Notes under the pieces: model-generated | The model's database searches: none | The model's input: only the letters and a program-made list of their open reading frames with translations | Told to the model about the DNA's origin: nothing | Made by a program: the position numbers and the translations under genes | Assembly: GCF_006345805.1 (NCBI RefSeq) | Contig: NC_042999.1 | Coordinates: forward strand, 59,334,001 to 59,398,000 | Direction of reading: 5' to 3' | Length of the DNA: 64,000 nt | Origin: Octopus sinensis | Lineage: Eukaryota | Shown: piece by piece, positions 42,190-58,895 of the stretch | Layout of the letters: every line of letters starts with the position of its first letter | How positions within the stretch are numbered: the first letter of the stretch is position 1

Positions 42190-43462
42190 CAAGTACCTAG
42201 AACCCTCCTGATAACCCTTGTTTTTCCTTTCTGTAAGAGGTCCACCAGGTATTCTATTTCACTCTCCTTCAGCCATTTGTGTATATCTTGGTTTACTGTT
42301 TCGAACGTACCAATTATTATAAGCACGACCTTTACTGTTCGCATGCCCCAAATTCTTCCTATTTCAAATTGCAAGGGACTGCCTTTTTTCGTTTTTCTTC
42401 CCCTTTCTTTATGATCCTATAACTAAAAAGGCATAATGGGTCGATCAGTAAGCAACTTCACTTTTCCTTATCTGTAATCGTTATGTCTGGTCTATTATTT
42501 TCTAATTTCTTGTCCGCTTGAATAGGAAAGTTCAAACAAAATCTTACATTTATCCGACTTCAGTACTCTTTCGACTCAGAGATTTTACCATGTGTTTTCA
42601 GCTTCAAATCGCCACTTCTGGTACAGTTTTCATTGTGTAATATTTAAAATCTTGTCGTCCCTCCATTTCTTAAATTCTTCCTGTGCCAACTTGGGGCGTT
42701 CTATCACAATGTGTGCCACTGTCTCGTTCCAACTCCATATATATTTTTTCTGAAGCTGCTTGTTTTTATGGCTTGATGTTGGGCTACTACAATTAGGCTC
42801 TCTGTTTCCCTTTTTAATTGTTCCCCCCTTTTTTAAAAAACTAAAACCATTATTTTGTTCCACACATGACTTCAATGGCTCTCCAACACTGGCCATACAG
42901 AAATTTCTTTTCTATCTGTCTGATGTGCTCTCTTTGTATTTCACTCTTGTCCCTTTCTCCTATTACATGCTTCATCGTCTGTTCTTTATTAACCTATTAG
43001 CCTCCATGGTCCTTTTTTGAGGACCAGAAGGATAATCATATTTCTGCAACATCTGTATTTTTATGAAATATCTCTAGTTAGTCATCAAAACTGGAGTGTC
43101 TTTCAAATATTGTAATAATCTTTTTTTAGTGTCAGAAAAACAGATTTCTGGCAATAAATTAAATAAAAAAAATTGGGCTCTAATGGGTGAACTGTCTTCA
43201 GTAGCTTTTCTGCGTTCATTTATAAATACCCGCCTAGACTTTTTCTTTCCATCTGTGCACATACTTCTGCTGTTATTAAGCCTCTGCCACCCTGATCTCT
43301 TCTCAAGTACAGCCGGTTGATATCAGCTTTCGTATGGTGGGCTCCATACATTGCCAACAACTTCGTGGTTTTTCTTACAAGTTTCTTTATATCTTTTCTG
43401 GTCCAGTCAATAATTCAACTCTATATCTGATTAAAGGTACTGCTCTTGAATTTGTTGCTTAA
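42190..43462 (-). mobile_element. Decayed R4/Dong-like non-LTR retrotransposon, RT thumb to RLE C-terminus
   Basis: IDWTRKDIKKLVRKTTKLLAMYGAHHTKADINRLYLRRDQGGRGLI; ETVAHIVIERPKLAQEEFKKWRDDK; IWGMRTVKVVLIIIGTF...TRVIRRVLGT*. Confidence 0.85.
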
Positions 43463-43529
43463 TCCCTTTGTCTGTCCTTGTTTGTCCCCTCTATGTTTAG
43501 CCCCCTGTAGGCAGGGAATCCACATACTA

Positions 43530-43800
43530 TGACCCCATCTCCAGCGGCAACTTTGTATATTCAGCTGCTACGCCAGGTTCCGCTGCTCACTCCAAGCAGA
43601 GAAAAGCAAACTGTCAAAGTATCCATCTCTCTCTGATAGGTTTTTATGGTCGAGCATGTGGCAGTGGAGATCTCAGGCGTTTTCGGCCCCTGGACCATAT
43701 CCCTGCTCACTGCTATCGAGGTATATTGTGAGATATATAGGCAGTTCCATCCCATCCTCTGTGACAACGGCTTTTCCATTTGCCTGTTGGGAGCAAGAGG
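43530..43800 (+). mobile_element. CRE-clade-like RLE C-terminal remnant
   Basis: SAATPGSAAHSKQRK and EHVAVEISGVFGPWTISLL resemble the PVAVETSGVxGP motif of CRE-type endonucleases. Confidence 0.55.
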
Positions 43801-44041
43801 GGATCTGAATTACAGGAAATCGAGAAACTGTAAGAATTTCGTAGCTTACAATCCGTATTTAGTTTCGTTATTAAACTCATTTCTAGCAGCTGGTACGAAT
43901 ATATTAATTGTTAGTAAGACCACGAAACGTCGTAATTTTCAGTGCTGGCTTTAATTTCTATAGAACATCTGTAGAAATAATTTAAAATGTGATTCAATCG
44001 TACTGCTAATACAGGTAGGAGACGGTATTCACTTATATATA

Positions 44042-44273
44042 GGGCGGCGAGCTGGCAGAAACGTTAGCACGCCGGGCGAAATGTTTAGCGGTATTTCGTC
44101 TGCCGTTACATTCTGAGTACAAATTCCGCCGAGGTCGACTTTGTCTTTCATCTTTTCGGGGTCGATAAATTAAGTACCAGTTACGTGCTGGGGTCGATAA
44201 AATCGACTTAATCCGTTTGTCTGTCCTTGTTCGTCCCCTCTGTATTTAGCCCCTTGTGGGTAGTAAATAAATA
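44042..44273 (+). mobile_element. SINE family A (full length)
   Basis: Family A consensus. Confidence 0.9.
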
Positions 44274-45109
44274 GCTATTCGCTTATATATCTTTAATATA
44301 CCGAGTAGTATATCATGATTGCATAACGAAATACAGTGTCCCGACTAACAATGAATATGTATGTGTGTGTGTGAATGTGCTTCCGTACATTTTACATCTG
44401 CGAAATTTAACTGCCGTTATCCCAAGTCATCTGTAGGCCTAATTACAATGTACTGCTGTGTGGGATCGTTCCCGCCATTACATGTTATGTTTTGGAGTAA
44501 AAAAAATAAGCAGGCATTTGAACTACACGGCTTCGCCTGCAAATCGTATAATTGTACATGAAAAACAAATTTAAATGATAGTCATTTAAAATATAATACC
44601 AGTAAATTACTGGGCTTGAGTAAATCGAACGTAGCAAAAAAAAAAAAAACGCATTGTTCAAAAAGAAAATTTTGTATAGCTCTGCTCGAAGAAATCATTA
44701 AAGTTCGTATAAATGTGTGAATTTTGATATTAGAATATTTGAAATGTTTTCTTTCAGTTTCTGTATTATATTTCATTTTATTTATTTATTTTTTTTAGAT
44801 TTCATCAAACGCTTCCCTTTAATTAGTTTCAATCTATACAAAAGATCAATGGTATTTATTTTATCTCGAAATGAATTCTAGCAGAGACATTGTCTGTGGT
44901 TACACATAAAATCGTCTGACGTCTGAATGCTATGTAATTTTTCTTATGTTTTCATTGATTTTACTTATAACTATGTCTACGATGAATAATTCAAATCATC
45001 AGACATAATGGTGTGACATTCTAAAATAGTAATATTTCTCTTGCTAATACAGTGAGTGCTATGTGTTTTTTTTTTTTTTTTGCTTTTTCTTCTTTCCGTA
45101 TTTACTTAG

Positions 45110-45159
45110 ACGTAGGAGCAGAGACAGAGCCATTGACCTTTGCAGGCCTTGCCAGACTG
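45110..45159 (+). other. Candidate 50-nt host exon (unassigned)
   Basis: About 40-nt polypyrimidine tract plus ttag acceptor and CTG|gtgaga donor; two reading frames are open. Confidence 0.3.
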
Positions 45160-45216
45160 GTGAGACTGATACGGTTGATTTTCATCTTGAATATGTGAAG
45201 AGAGCTAATCATATAC

Positions 45217-45275
<59 letters not shown>

Positions 45276-45372
45276 TGTGTGTGCATGTGTATACGATATG
45301 TTCTATGCTTTTATCAGGCATCATAATGGCACTCGCACATATATAAACGTAAATCAATAGTCAAACAGATAT

Positions 45373-45422
<50 letters not shown>

Positions 45423-47482
45423 CGATGGACAGACAGATAGATAATCAAACAAACAAAATCATTTACAGATAATTGAATACATCCGACAGATATGTTAATC
45501 GAGAAGGAAGCAGCCTAATGTGCCGTTTATTCTATTCAAAACGTAAAATTTCTGATAGAAATCTTACTTTTCAAGAAGTTATCTTTATCTACATTTTGAC
45601 AAAATATATCAAATACAAATCTTACAGATTATAGAGGAAGCTTTCCAACAATATTGCTACAAACCTTATATAATTATTAAGTAACTTACTTAAATACGAG
45701 ATATATATCGATAATTCTTATACCATAAAATATTCGTTCAATTCTATGAAAAGGGCTATATCAGAGATTTTAATATTATATGGTTTCTTAATATGAAAAC
45801 CAAACCGGAGGAATAATTCATCTAATCTCTTAAGTTAATGTTGGTTATTAGAGAAGAAAACCCATTTGAAATAATATTCAGTCTACCAGTGTATGTCAAA
45901 ATTTGAGAATTAAAATTATTTCTCTGTGACTTATGATATGATAATTTGACATGCATTTACTGAATCACTTTATTTTTGTTTTGTTCTTGGAATGAATTTA
46001 AGTTGCATCCGTCAGTAGAGCCCTGGTTCGGGAGTTCAAAAGTGTTGAGGGATGTAGAATCACCTCTTAACCCCTATTGTTCCCTGTCGTATTCATTCTG
46101 TCAGGGTCTCACATATAGGTTAATTTGCATGTCACGCAATTGTCTCCGGAACAAAGTTGTCCTCAGACACTACAACGGACTCAGAGCCGATGGTCTTCCC
46201 CACAGCAGCTCTTTAACTGTTCGTCTAAGATAAACTTCATGCATCCCAATATCTACTGGGCCCATGATGCTTATTGCACCTGACCAATACAAGTTTGAAT
46301 GATAGGTGAGTAGGAATGGCTCTACAAAATCCAGGTCTTACAATAATACACCCCCGTTGCCTCGTGAGATAATTTATTGCCCATTTAAAAAAAGATTTAG
46401 TAGATCTCAACAGAAAATCTTCATATCTTAAGGCAAATATGTACGGTTATAATTAAGCAACATCTGTGTATTGACTTGTCTTTCGTTTGTGGAGTATCAG
46501 GAAATGAATGGTGGTAAGTATACTTATGGTTGGGGTCTTGCCTTGGAAACAGCAGAAGTGGTGGAATTAGAATCTCTGAATTACGTCAGCTAACAAAGGT
46601 CATCGATATTTGAGTTATATATTTAGTACAACAGTGGTAGAAATTACGAATGCTCCGGACGCAGTGCTCTGATTGCTGCTGTAGACGAATTGAGAAATCT
46701 GCAGCAAGAAAATCAAACACATTCTGCTTATATCTACCCTAAGGATTTCGACCATATTATGGTACAAGCGTACGATTTTAAAATTAACGATAAAGAACGT
46801 CAATGAATTTATACAAGACATGCATGGTTTCTCAGCACGCTGACCGTAACAGTAAAATCTACTTTCTTAAAACAATACGCGTTGGGAGCGGGGATAGAAG
46901 TACTACGAATAACATAGAGGTTATTCGTAGTACTTCTATGTATTGCCAAACCACGATTGTAAACCACTCGCAAAGTCTATATTGTTCACTGCCTCAGAGA
47001 ATGGATGGAAAATGGATGAATGCAACGTTGTCAATAGACTTCAACTCGAACACATAAAAATGTATGTGACTGGCTGAAAGTAAGGATGGGCAAGATAACA
47101 GCTGTGTTTTTGTAAGCACAAGAATAGGAGTAGTTCACCCAAAGAGTATCACTACCGATCTTTCATATTTTAATAAGGATGCTCTAATCGGTTCGAAGTG
47201 CAATAGGATTGAAAACTAATGTAGGTGCGAGGCGAATTTTTTTCAACGGAGCTATTTATTGAAATTAAAAGGTTTGGTGCAGTCATACGTTGAATTCTGT
47301 CACTAACATTTCACACAGTTTAGCTTTACTCAGCAATTTACATTTTGTGAAGAAATTTATGAACCTATAAAGTGTATCTTTATTTCAGATGTCTTGTGGC
47401 TATGGAAGAAAATATTTTACTTGCAACAGCTGATTATTTTCTTACAGAGAATCTGGTTCTTTACCATTAATTACGGTCGTAT

Positions 47483-47526
<44 letters not shown>

Positions 47527-47939
47527 ACACACACACACCACACACTTGCACACGCATACACAAACATGCTTGCGTACGTATTCACTTATACATATATTCT
47601 GATGTAACCAATATGTTGATAATGAAATTTGGTAAACATAATTTGTTACCAGAACACCTCAGATACCACACATACCCTCACAAACAAACATATAAACACA
47701 CACACACATACACGCATGACTATATAATCAGAATATTGAATGAATTAGAAACATCTAAGATAAATTTAATTAAACTAGTTTTTGAATCCTTAGTCGTTTC
47801 ATAGCGAATGCTTTAAAATATGGATTTAAATATAATATTTAATTTCCACACCCAACGTACACACACACAACAACTGAGCACGCGTGCAAACACACACACA
47901 CACACACATACATACATACATAAATACATATATATATAT

Positions 47940-47978
<39 letters not shown>

Positions 47979-47984
<6 letters not shown>

Positions 47985-48283
47985 ATCACGTGACAGACCA
48001 GACCATCAGATGTTGTTACACATCGCTGGTCACAGTGCGTTCGCATTGTTTTAGCCTTCGAAACACGCCACACCGCTGGCTAAGCGAGCAGGCCAACAGA
48101 AGAAAGAGTGGGAGAAAGAGTGGCGAAAGAGTACAGCTGGGATCACCACCCCCTGCCCGAGCCTCGTGGAGCTTTTAGGTGTTTTCGCTCAATAAACACA
48201 CTCAACGCCCGGTCTGGGAATCGAAACCGCGATCCTGCGACCGCGAGTCCGCTGCCCTAACCACTAGGCCATTGCGCCTCCAC
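47979..48283 (-). mobile_element. SINE family C with a different 3' half
   Basis: Same head as 40468 (ggaggcgcaatggcctagtggttagggcagcggactcgcg), but the tail ends gtcacgtgatcacgtg(TA)n. Confidence 0.88.
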
Positions 48284-48296
48284 ACACACACACACA

Positions 48297-48351
<55 letters not shown>

Positions 48352-48505
48352 AATATATATATATGTATGTATATATACATGTATATATATGCATGTATAA
48401 ATATAAATATATATATGTATATATATTATATATCTATATCTATCTATTTATCTATCTATCTATCCATATATCTATCTATCTATATATATATATATATACA
48501 TATAT

Positions 48506-48537
<32 letters not shown>

Positions 48538-48541
48538 ATAC

Positions 48542-48576
<35 letters not shown>

Positions 48577-48587
48577 ATATATATATG

Positions 48588-48640
<53 letters not shown>

Positions 48641-48719
48641 ATATATATATGTATATATATTATATATATATATGTATATATATATACATATATATATATA
48701 TACATATAATATATATACA

Positions 48720-51711
<2,992 letters not shown>

Positions 51712-53129
51712 TATATAGGTTTATGTTACGAACGTCAGAAAGTGTAATCAATATATATACACATATTTTACATGGAAACAAATGACAATACACCAAAAAG
51801 TTACTCAAATTTTGTAACGATGTTATTGGCAGGCGGTAGTTTTGACGCCGTTGTTGTGTCATCTGCTTTTCCTATTTTGTATGCATTGGTGAGAATCCGC
51901 CTCAAATGGACCACTACATCTCTAGATCTCATTCGATCCATTTATTGTATATACTTTCTACATTCACATGACTTTTTGGTCATGTAGTTCTTTATATGAT
52001 CGCCGCACCAAAAAGCGTCATCACCACATACATAGCATGAACATCTTCAAAAGGTAGAGTTATGGGTAGGTAGTTTACAGGTGTATAAATATGCCTTGAA
52101 CATCTTGATCTCTCCCGATTTAGTGAGAGTTTTAGAAATAAATTTGAATGTTTTAGGAAAAACGAATTGAAGAAAGGGAAGAATAAATGAAATTAACGAT
52201 GGGGTGAAGGCAAGTCTCTGAGAGAATTTTCAATGAGGATGAATGTTTAAGTTTAAATTTATGGCCGTTAGAAATCGATATTTAGTAAGGAAAAATGCTA
52301 TTTGATGTATGTATTGAATTCGTGAGAGAAGTTCTTATTCGATGAATGCCTAATGAAGAAATGGAGTCTAAAAATATGCGTGAAGAATGTTTGTCAGAAA
52401 AGTATATAAATTAAAAAGCAACATTGTTGAAAAAAAAATGCTCATGAAAGGCGAAAATGTAATATTTTGTTGGAAAAGGTTATATAAAAAAATTGCTATT
52501 AAAACCACAATGAAGAAAGAGTGCTTGTGCAAAATTAAGTTAGGGGCATTTTCAATAAGAATTCTAACAAACCGATGTGATCGAGCATATATTAAAGGTC
52601 TATCATATATGGAGAAGTTCCTCTTCGTGTATTGCAAATTGTGTATAAAGTCTTACGTTTCTAGGAAAGCGTGTTGAGAAGCGGAAAACAATAAAATTAC
52701 ATATTCATAGAAAGCAAAGAGTATATTGGAGGCGGTAAAAGGGCTGTCGAAAAGGGAGATAAATCATTCCTGACTTCCGTAACAATAAATTTTAATGGAT
52801 AATGTTGCTTAGACACAAGTTAAAGCAATTAGATCTATATGGCCGAAAATGTCAGTTAAGGATTGTTAAAATAAAGGTGCAAATACAATCTACAGAGCCA
52901 GAGATGTAATATAACGGAACACTCACACTATTGGGAAGACAGGAGAAATTCTCGGATATAAAAGATTTATTCCGCTAGATCATAGCCAATAAAATCTCTT
53001 TCTCTGCCATTCTTGCGCTTACTCTATCTCAATGCCTGTGTGTGTATGTCTATGTGTGTGCATACATATATATTTGTATGTGTGTATGTGTGCGCGCGTT
53101 TGTATGTGTGCGTGTGTGTATACGTGTGT

Positions 53130-53440
53130 GAAGGAGCATGTGACAGGGACTAGAGCGTTAGGATTACAATCGTGAGGTTTTGAGTTCGATTTACGGACCG
53201 GGATATGTGTTGTGCGCTCCTGGTGACAAAAAACACTTTATTTCACGTTGTTCCACTTCGGTCAGCCTTAGAAATGAGTCGTGACATCCTTGGTCGTTCT
53301 TTGCATTTCCTTTGGACCACATCGGTGATGTGAAGAAAGGTGACTTCTATGTATGGGTGAATGATGGTCTTCCACAAACACCTTTCCTCGGGCTCCTGCA
53401 CGGTAGGGAACTTTCTAAGTGCAATCCCGTGGTCATTCTT
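53130..53440 (+). mobile_element. Old tRNA-derived SINE
   Basis: ttttgagttcgatt B-box-like motif and cactttatttcacgttg central domain; heavily diverged. Confidence 0.5.
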
Positions 53441-53536
53441 GTGTGTGTGTGTGTGTGTGTGTGTGTAGGTAAATAGATATGTAAGTAAACTATAAATAGA
53501 TAGATATGTACATAGGTAATATGGACAGACAAGCAC

Positions 53537-53573
<37 letters not shown>

Positions 53574-53852
53574 TAGACAAATGAAGACTGGAACACATGA
53601 CCATATACACACCCGCACACTTCACACAAGGATAAATATGGAGACACACATCCATACATAACAAATGCACGAACATAGTCACACAAACTCATGCACATAG
53701 ACATTCTGAATATGCTTACGGAAAGAGTCAGAGGTACACACACAAATACACATACATTCAAACACACAAACATGAGTACACGAACATATGAATATACAGA
53801 ATACATACATACAAACATACACATTCCTCACAGCATATATATATATATAATA

Positions 53853-53890
<38 letters not shown>

Positions 53891-53892
<2 letters not shown>

Positions 53893-54107
53893 CAAAACAA
53901 TTCAGGATAGAAAATGCTAAAATAATTTTATAAAGAACATTTCAGTACCGGTTTCAGTCATTGAGACTTTTTCAACTGTAACAATTTAATAATTAAATTT
54001 AGAAAAATCAAAATAAAAGTTTTTTAAAAGAATATGTGTATAGTGTTCAAATATAAGTGGCATTTCCCTTGTTTCTGCCTGTCTCTGTCTTTGCTGTTTA
54101 CTCTTGT
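53891..54107 (-). mobile_element. Small (TA)n-flanked repeat carrying a U3-A8 hammerhead motif (copy 1)
   Basis: Colinear diverged copy at 56822-57015; both abut or lie close to (TA)n. Confidence 0.8.
53939..53982 (-). ncRNA. Minimal type I hammerhead ribozyme motif, U3-A8 core variant
   Basis: Minus strand: gttacag | TTGAAAA | agtc tcaat gact | GAA | accggt | a | ctgaaat. Helix II is 4 bp, helix III the palindrome ACCGGU, helix I 3+3 bp around one mismatch. Confidence 0.68.
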
Positions 54108-54110
54108 AAA

Positions 54111-54190
<80 letters not shown>

Positions 54191-54413
54191 CATATACATA
54201 TATATATATATATGCATACACACACAGATACATACATACATACATGCATACATACATACAAAAATACATACATGTTTGTATACACATGCACACTGAAGCA
54301 CACACATTCGTACTAAGAAACAAATTCAGCTCTGATAATAGAGTCAATGACTATTGAAGAAGGTTGTAAGACGCAACGGAAATTTTGGAAAGCATAGATA
54401 AGTAAATATATAT

Positions 54414-54511
<98 letters not shown>

Positions 54512-54524
54512 CTATATATATATA

Positions 54525-54562
<38 letters not shown>

Positions 54563-54565
54563 TAA

Positions 54566-54929
<364 letters not shown>

Positions 54930-54935
54930 ATATAT

Positions 54936-54984
<49 letters not shown>

Positions 54985-54990
54985 ATATAT

Positions 54991-55758
54991 GAGTACAGGA
55001 CACCACAAATAAACGTAGAACTCAACGAGAAACGAAAACACAAAAACAAACTAGGAAACGGCCTTTTTTTAACAACGAAAAAACAGAGTACAAGACAAAC
55101 AATACAAGAATATTCCCCTTCATCAAATGTCCCTGGTTCAACTCAATGCGTGTTTCGAAGGCAAGGACAGAACACGATCCGTCGAATCAATCCTTCCTGT
55201 AAAAGAATTAAATAAATTTCCTTTGCAGAGGGGTAAAAACAAGGAAATAAAAAATGTGTCAAGAACAGGACGTAAAAGCAATACAAATAAAAATAGAAAT
55301 AGAAATAAAAATACAAATACAAATACAAAATAAAAATACAAATACAAATAAAAATACAGTACGCATAAAGAATAAAAACAGGACAATGAAACCAACATTG
55401 AGGGCTTTTTTTTTAAGCCTAGACGATGGAAAAATTCGGAGCGCAAGAAAATGTCGTGTTGACTTGTAGAAAGCTGCGAGTGAAAGGAAGTTGGTAGTCC
55501 ACTCGGCAGTGAGACCCCTCTGCAAAGGAATTTTATTTAATTCTTTTACTGGAAGGACTAGTTCGACGGATCGTGTTCTGTCCTTACCTTCGAAACAGGC
55601 ATTGAGTCGAACCAGGGACAGCTGATGAAGGGGAATATTCCTTGTATTGTGTGTTGTGTACGCTGTTTTTTCGTTGTTAAAAAAAGTCCGTTTCCTAGTT
55701 TGTTTTTATGTTTTCGTTTCTCGTTGAGTTCTACGTTTATTTGTGGTGCCCTGTACTC
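54991..55758. mobile_element. Foldback element with about 244-bp inverted arms in (TA)n
   Basis: Arm 54991-55234 (gagtacaggacacc...ctttgcagaggggt) is complementary to 55514-55758 (acccctctgcaaag...ccctgtactc). The 279-bp spacer contains aaatac/aaatag repeats. Confidence 0.92.
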
Positions 55759-55816
<58 letters not shown>

Positions 55817-56151
55817 TGTATATATACATGTAGATGTAGGTACGTACATATATGTATGTATGCATATATTTTATTTATTAAATTATTGTATGACTGAGCG
55901 CGCTCGGGTCGTTTCTTTTCTTTTCTCCAAGTAAGTTTATATATATATATATATATATAGGTAGGAAAAAAGCAACAAGAATGGATTAAAATCTCGGTAC
56001 GATCGTTTCGTACGAGGACATCTTTAATAAGCTACAAAAAATGCAGTGAATACAGATGGCTCGTACTCGTCAGCCGAAAAAATATCAGAGAATTCCCAAA
56101 CATCAAAAGGGGTAGATACAAAAGAGGATGTAAGATTAGCTGCATTGAAGA

Positions 56152-56606
56152 AAGTTCGATTCATGGAGATCCGATGAAAGGTTTTAAACCTATAGAATTT
56201 ATGCATGTCTACATATAGCTCATATTGAATATTTGATCAAGTTGTATGAAGAAATTTTCGGATACAGTCATACAAAATTTCTGAAAATCCGAGTAAGAGG
56301 CAAAGTGACTGCCATATCATGTAGAGGAAGGTCTGAGTAAAAGCATAGTGACTGTCATATCGTGTAGAGGAACAGATTGTTATTGAAATTTACAAGAATC
56401 GCAGATAAGTTCGATTTTTTGGAGATCCGATGAAAAAGTCTTGAACTTACAAAATTTGTGTATGTCCTTATAGTTCATAATCCAGTTTTGTGGAGAGATT
56501 TAGGGTACAATCATGCGAAAATATCAGGGAATCCGAATGAGAAGCAAAATGACGGTCTTATATTGTAGTGGTTCAGGTTGTTAATGAAATTTTCAAGAAT
56601 CACAGA
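56152..56606. repeat. Diverged tandem repeat, two units of about 255 and 200 bp
   Basis: aagttcgatt..tggagatccgatgaaa starts at 56152 and 56407. An internal gtgactg.catatc.tgtagaggaa occurs twice. Confidence 0.7.
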
Positions 56607-56721
56607 AAGAGGAGGAAGGAGGTAGGAATTTAATCAGTTACTGCTATTTAAGCTGTCAAAGAGAAAGGAAAGGGGAAGCTAAGGGGATGGGCACAATTTG
56701 ATACTAACAATTTGATACTAT

Positions 56722-56782
<61 letters not shown>

Positions 56783-56866
56783 AGGATGAAAAGGAACCTA
56801 TGAGCTGATATATATGATGGGAAAGAAGTCAAGATAGGAAATGCTAAAATAATTTATTAAAAAAAC

Positions 56867-56910
56867 ATTTCAGTACCGGTTTCACTCATTGAGACTTTTT
56901 CAACTGTAGC
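56867..56910 (-). ncRNA. Second copy of the U3-A8 hammerhead motif
   Basis: gctacag TTGAAAA agtc tcaat gagt GAA accggt a ctgaaat; one G.G mismatch in helix II. Lies in repeat copy 56822-57015. Confidence 0.55.
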
Positions 56911-58104
56911 AATTAAACAATTAAGTATTTTTTTAAAGAATATTTGTATAGTGTTCAAACACAAGTGGCATTTACCTTGTTTCTGCCTGTCTCTGTCTCT
57001 CTTGTTTACTCTTGTGGGTTCGAGGTCGTTGTGAATTCTTGGTAGGGAAGAAGAAGAAAAAGAAGAAGGAGAGGGAGGAGAAGGGGAAGAGGAAGAAGAA
57101 GACATCAAATACGTAGAAACAGGCTGTGTATCTACTCTTCATTTGAAAGTCCATTTCCTCTTCACCATTTTGTTGCGACTCTATTCTATACTGTTTCCTT
57201 CCTCCATTGTTCTCTAATTCCCTTTTACTTCCCTCCCTCTTTCGCCGTTTTCTACCCGTCTGTGTCTCTTTCCCCCTCTTTCTCTCGCCCCTCATTGTCC
57301 ATCTTTCTTTTTCCACGGGACCGTCTTTCTTTTCCTGCACGAACGATTTATTTCTGTCTCTTCAGTCTTTTCTTCTTTCAAAGAGAATATATGTCCCAGC
57401 TTTCACTATTTTCCTCTCGTTCTGGTCTAACGAACCTACATATTGGTTTTTGTTGGGTTCCACGTATGTGCCAACTGTCCTGTTTTTGTTCCCAACTGTG
57501 ACCCCCTCACCTAAATCCTAAGTTTTATTTTAGAATTTGTGGGAGCGACTGTCTTTGAAGACTCATATTATCGTTGAATGCTCGCAATGAGGAGTAGATA
57601 GACAGCCAACAACTAAGGAATGGTCTCTTCTCTGTGTTTAGTTGTCCTGTTTTTACGTATTTCATGTTTTGCGTAGTTGGCGACGTCCTACACCCGTATA
57701 TTTGTTACCGTGTCAGCTATATCATAAGCATTTGTACTATCACAATTTGTTGGTATTTTGATGCGTACGTTCGCTAGATCCAGTAGGTGGACTATTGAAA
57801 CTTTCTCACATTTTACTATTCTTTATGAGGTGCATAAGGTACTCTAAGTTAGCAGAGTTAACGTAGGATACCTTCACGGTGTGCCGATTAAAAATAGCAT
57901 GATATCGATCAGATTTAGGAAAACATTTGTCCAAAGAGGCAAATGGATTTAACCAGACGACATTCTGATTACTATATCTGTTGTTAAGCTTATTTGATCA
58001 AGTTTGTTGTTCGAAATTGGAACAATTTACACACACGCACGCGCGTGAATACACACATATATATATACGCAAACATATTATATTTATATATAAATAAATA
58101 AATG

Positions 58105-58345
58105 CACCCTTTTAAAGCCTAGCCAGGCTCATTGGCTCGGTTTCCCGGTTTCTATGGCGTATGTGTTCCCCAGCTGGACGGGACGCCAGATCATCGCAGC
58201 ATTACTCACTTTTGCCTGCTGAGTGGACTGGAGCAACGTGAAATGAAGTGTTTTGCTCAAGAACACAACGACTGGTCCAGGAATCGAAACCATAATCTTA
58301 CGATCATAATGCTAACACCCTAACTACTAAGCCACGCGCCTCCAC
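58105..58345 (-). mobile_element. SINE family C-like, V-domain tail
   Basis: Reverse complement of the gtggaggcgcgtggcttagtagttaggg head and of the gaaaccgggaaaccgag tail. Confidence 0.75.
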
Positions 58346-58699
58346 ATTATATTTATATATATATCTTATTTACTATAGGCATAAGACCGGAAATGCGGGA
58401 AGGTACTTGTCGATTATATATGTATGTATGTAAGTTGGTAGATTGGTCTGCATGTATGTAATGTATGTACAAATTTTATTTTTCGGCTTCAAAGAAATTT
58501 GTTTTGTTTTCTAAAATAAGATCCATGAATTCAACTTGCGTGCCAACAGACGAAGTTTCCTTTCTTCCTATTCCAGTTTTATCGCAAAACACGGTTATCT
58601 ATGCTAGACAGCAATTTCAACGCCTGTTAATGACTTCTGATTCATATAGATAACTTATACTAATTCAAGATAGCAAGTAGACAAAACGTACCATTAAGA

Positions 58700-58895
58700 A
58701 AGTATATAATCTTTTCTACTCTAGGTACAAGGCCCGAAATTTTTGTGGGGAGAGGGACAGTCGATTAGATTGATCCCAGTACGCGACTGGTAGTTGATTT
58801 ATCCACACCGAAATAATAAAAGGCAAAGTCGACTTCGGCGGAATTTGAACTCAGAACGTAAAGACAGACGAAACACAGCTAAGCATTTGGCCCGG
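58700..58895 (-). mobile_element. SINE family A variant
   Basis: gcaaagtcgacttcggcggaatttgaactcagaacgtaaagacagacg. Confidence 0.8.

Noticed and set aside
44780-44832. AG...GT bounded 53-nt segment (xFIKRFPLISFNLYKRSM)
   Set aside because: Its phase is incompatible with the 45110 candidate, and such signals are common in AT-rich DNA.
56058-56120. MARTRQPKK, resembling a histone H3 start
   Set aside because: Similarity ends after six residues and a stop follows at codon 20.
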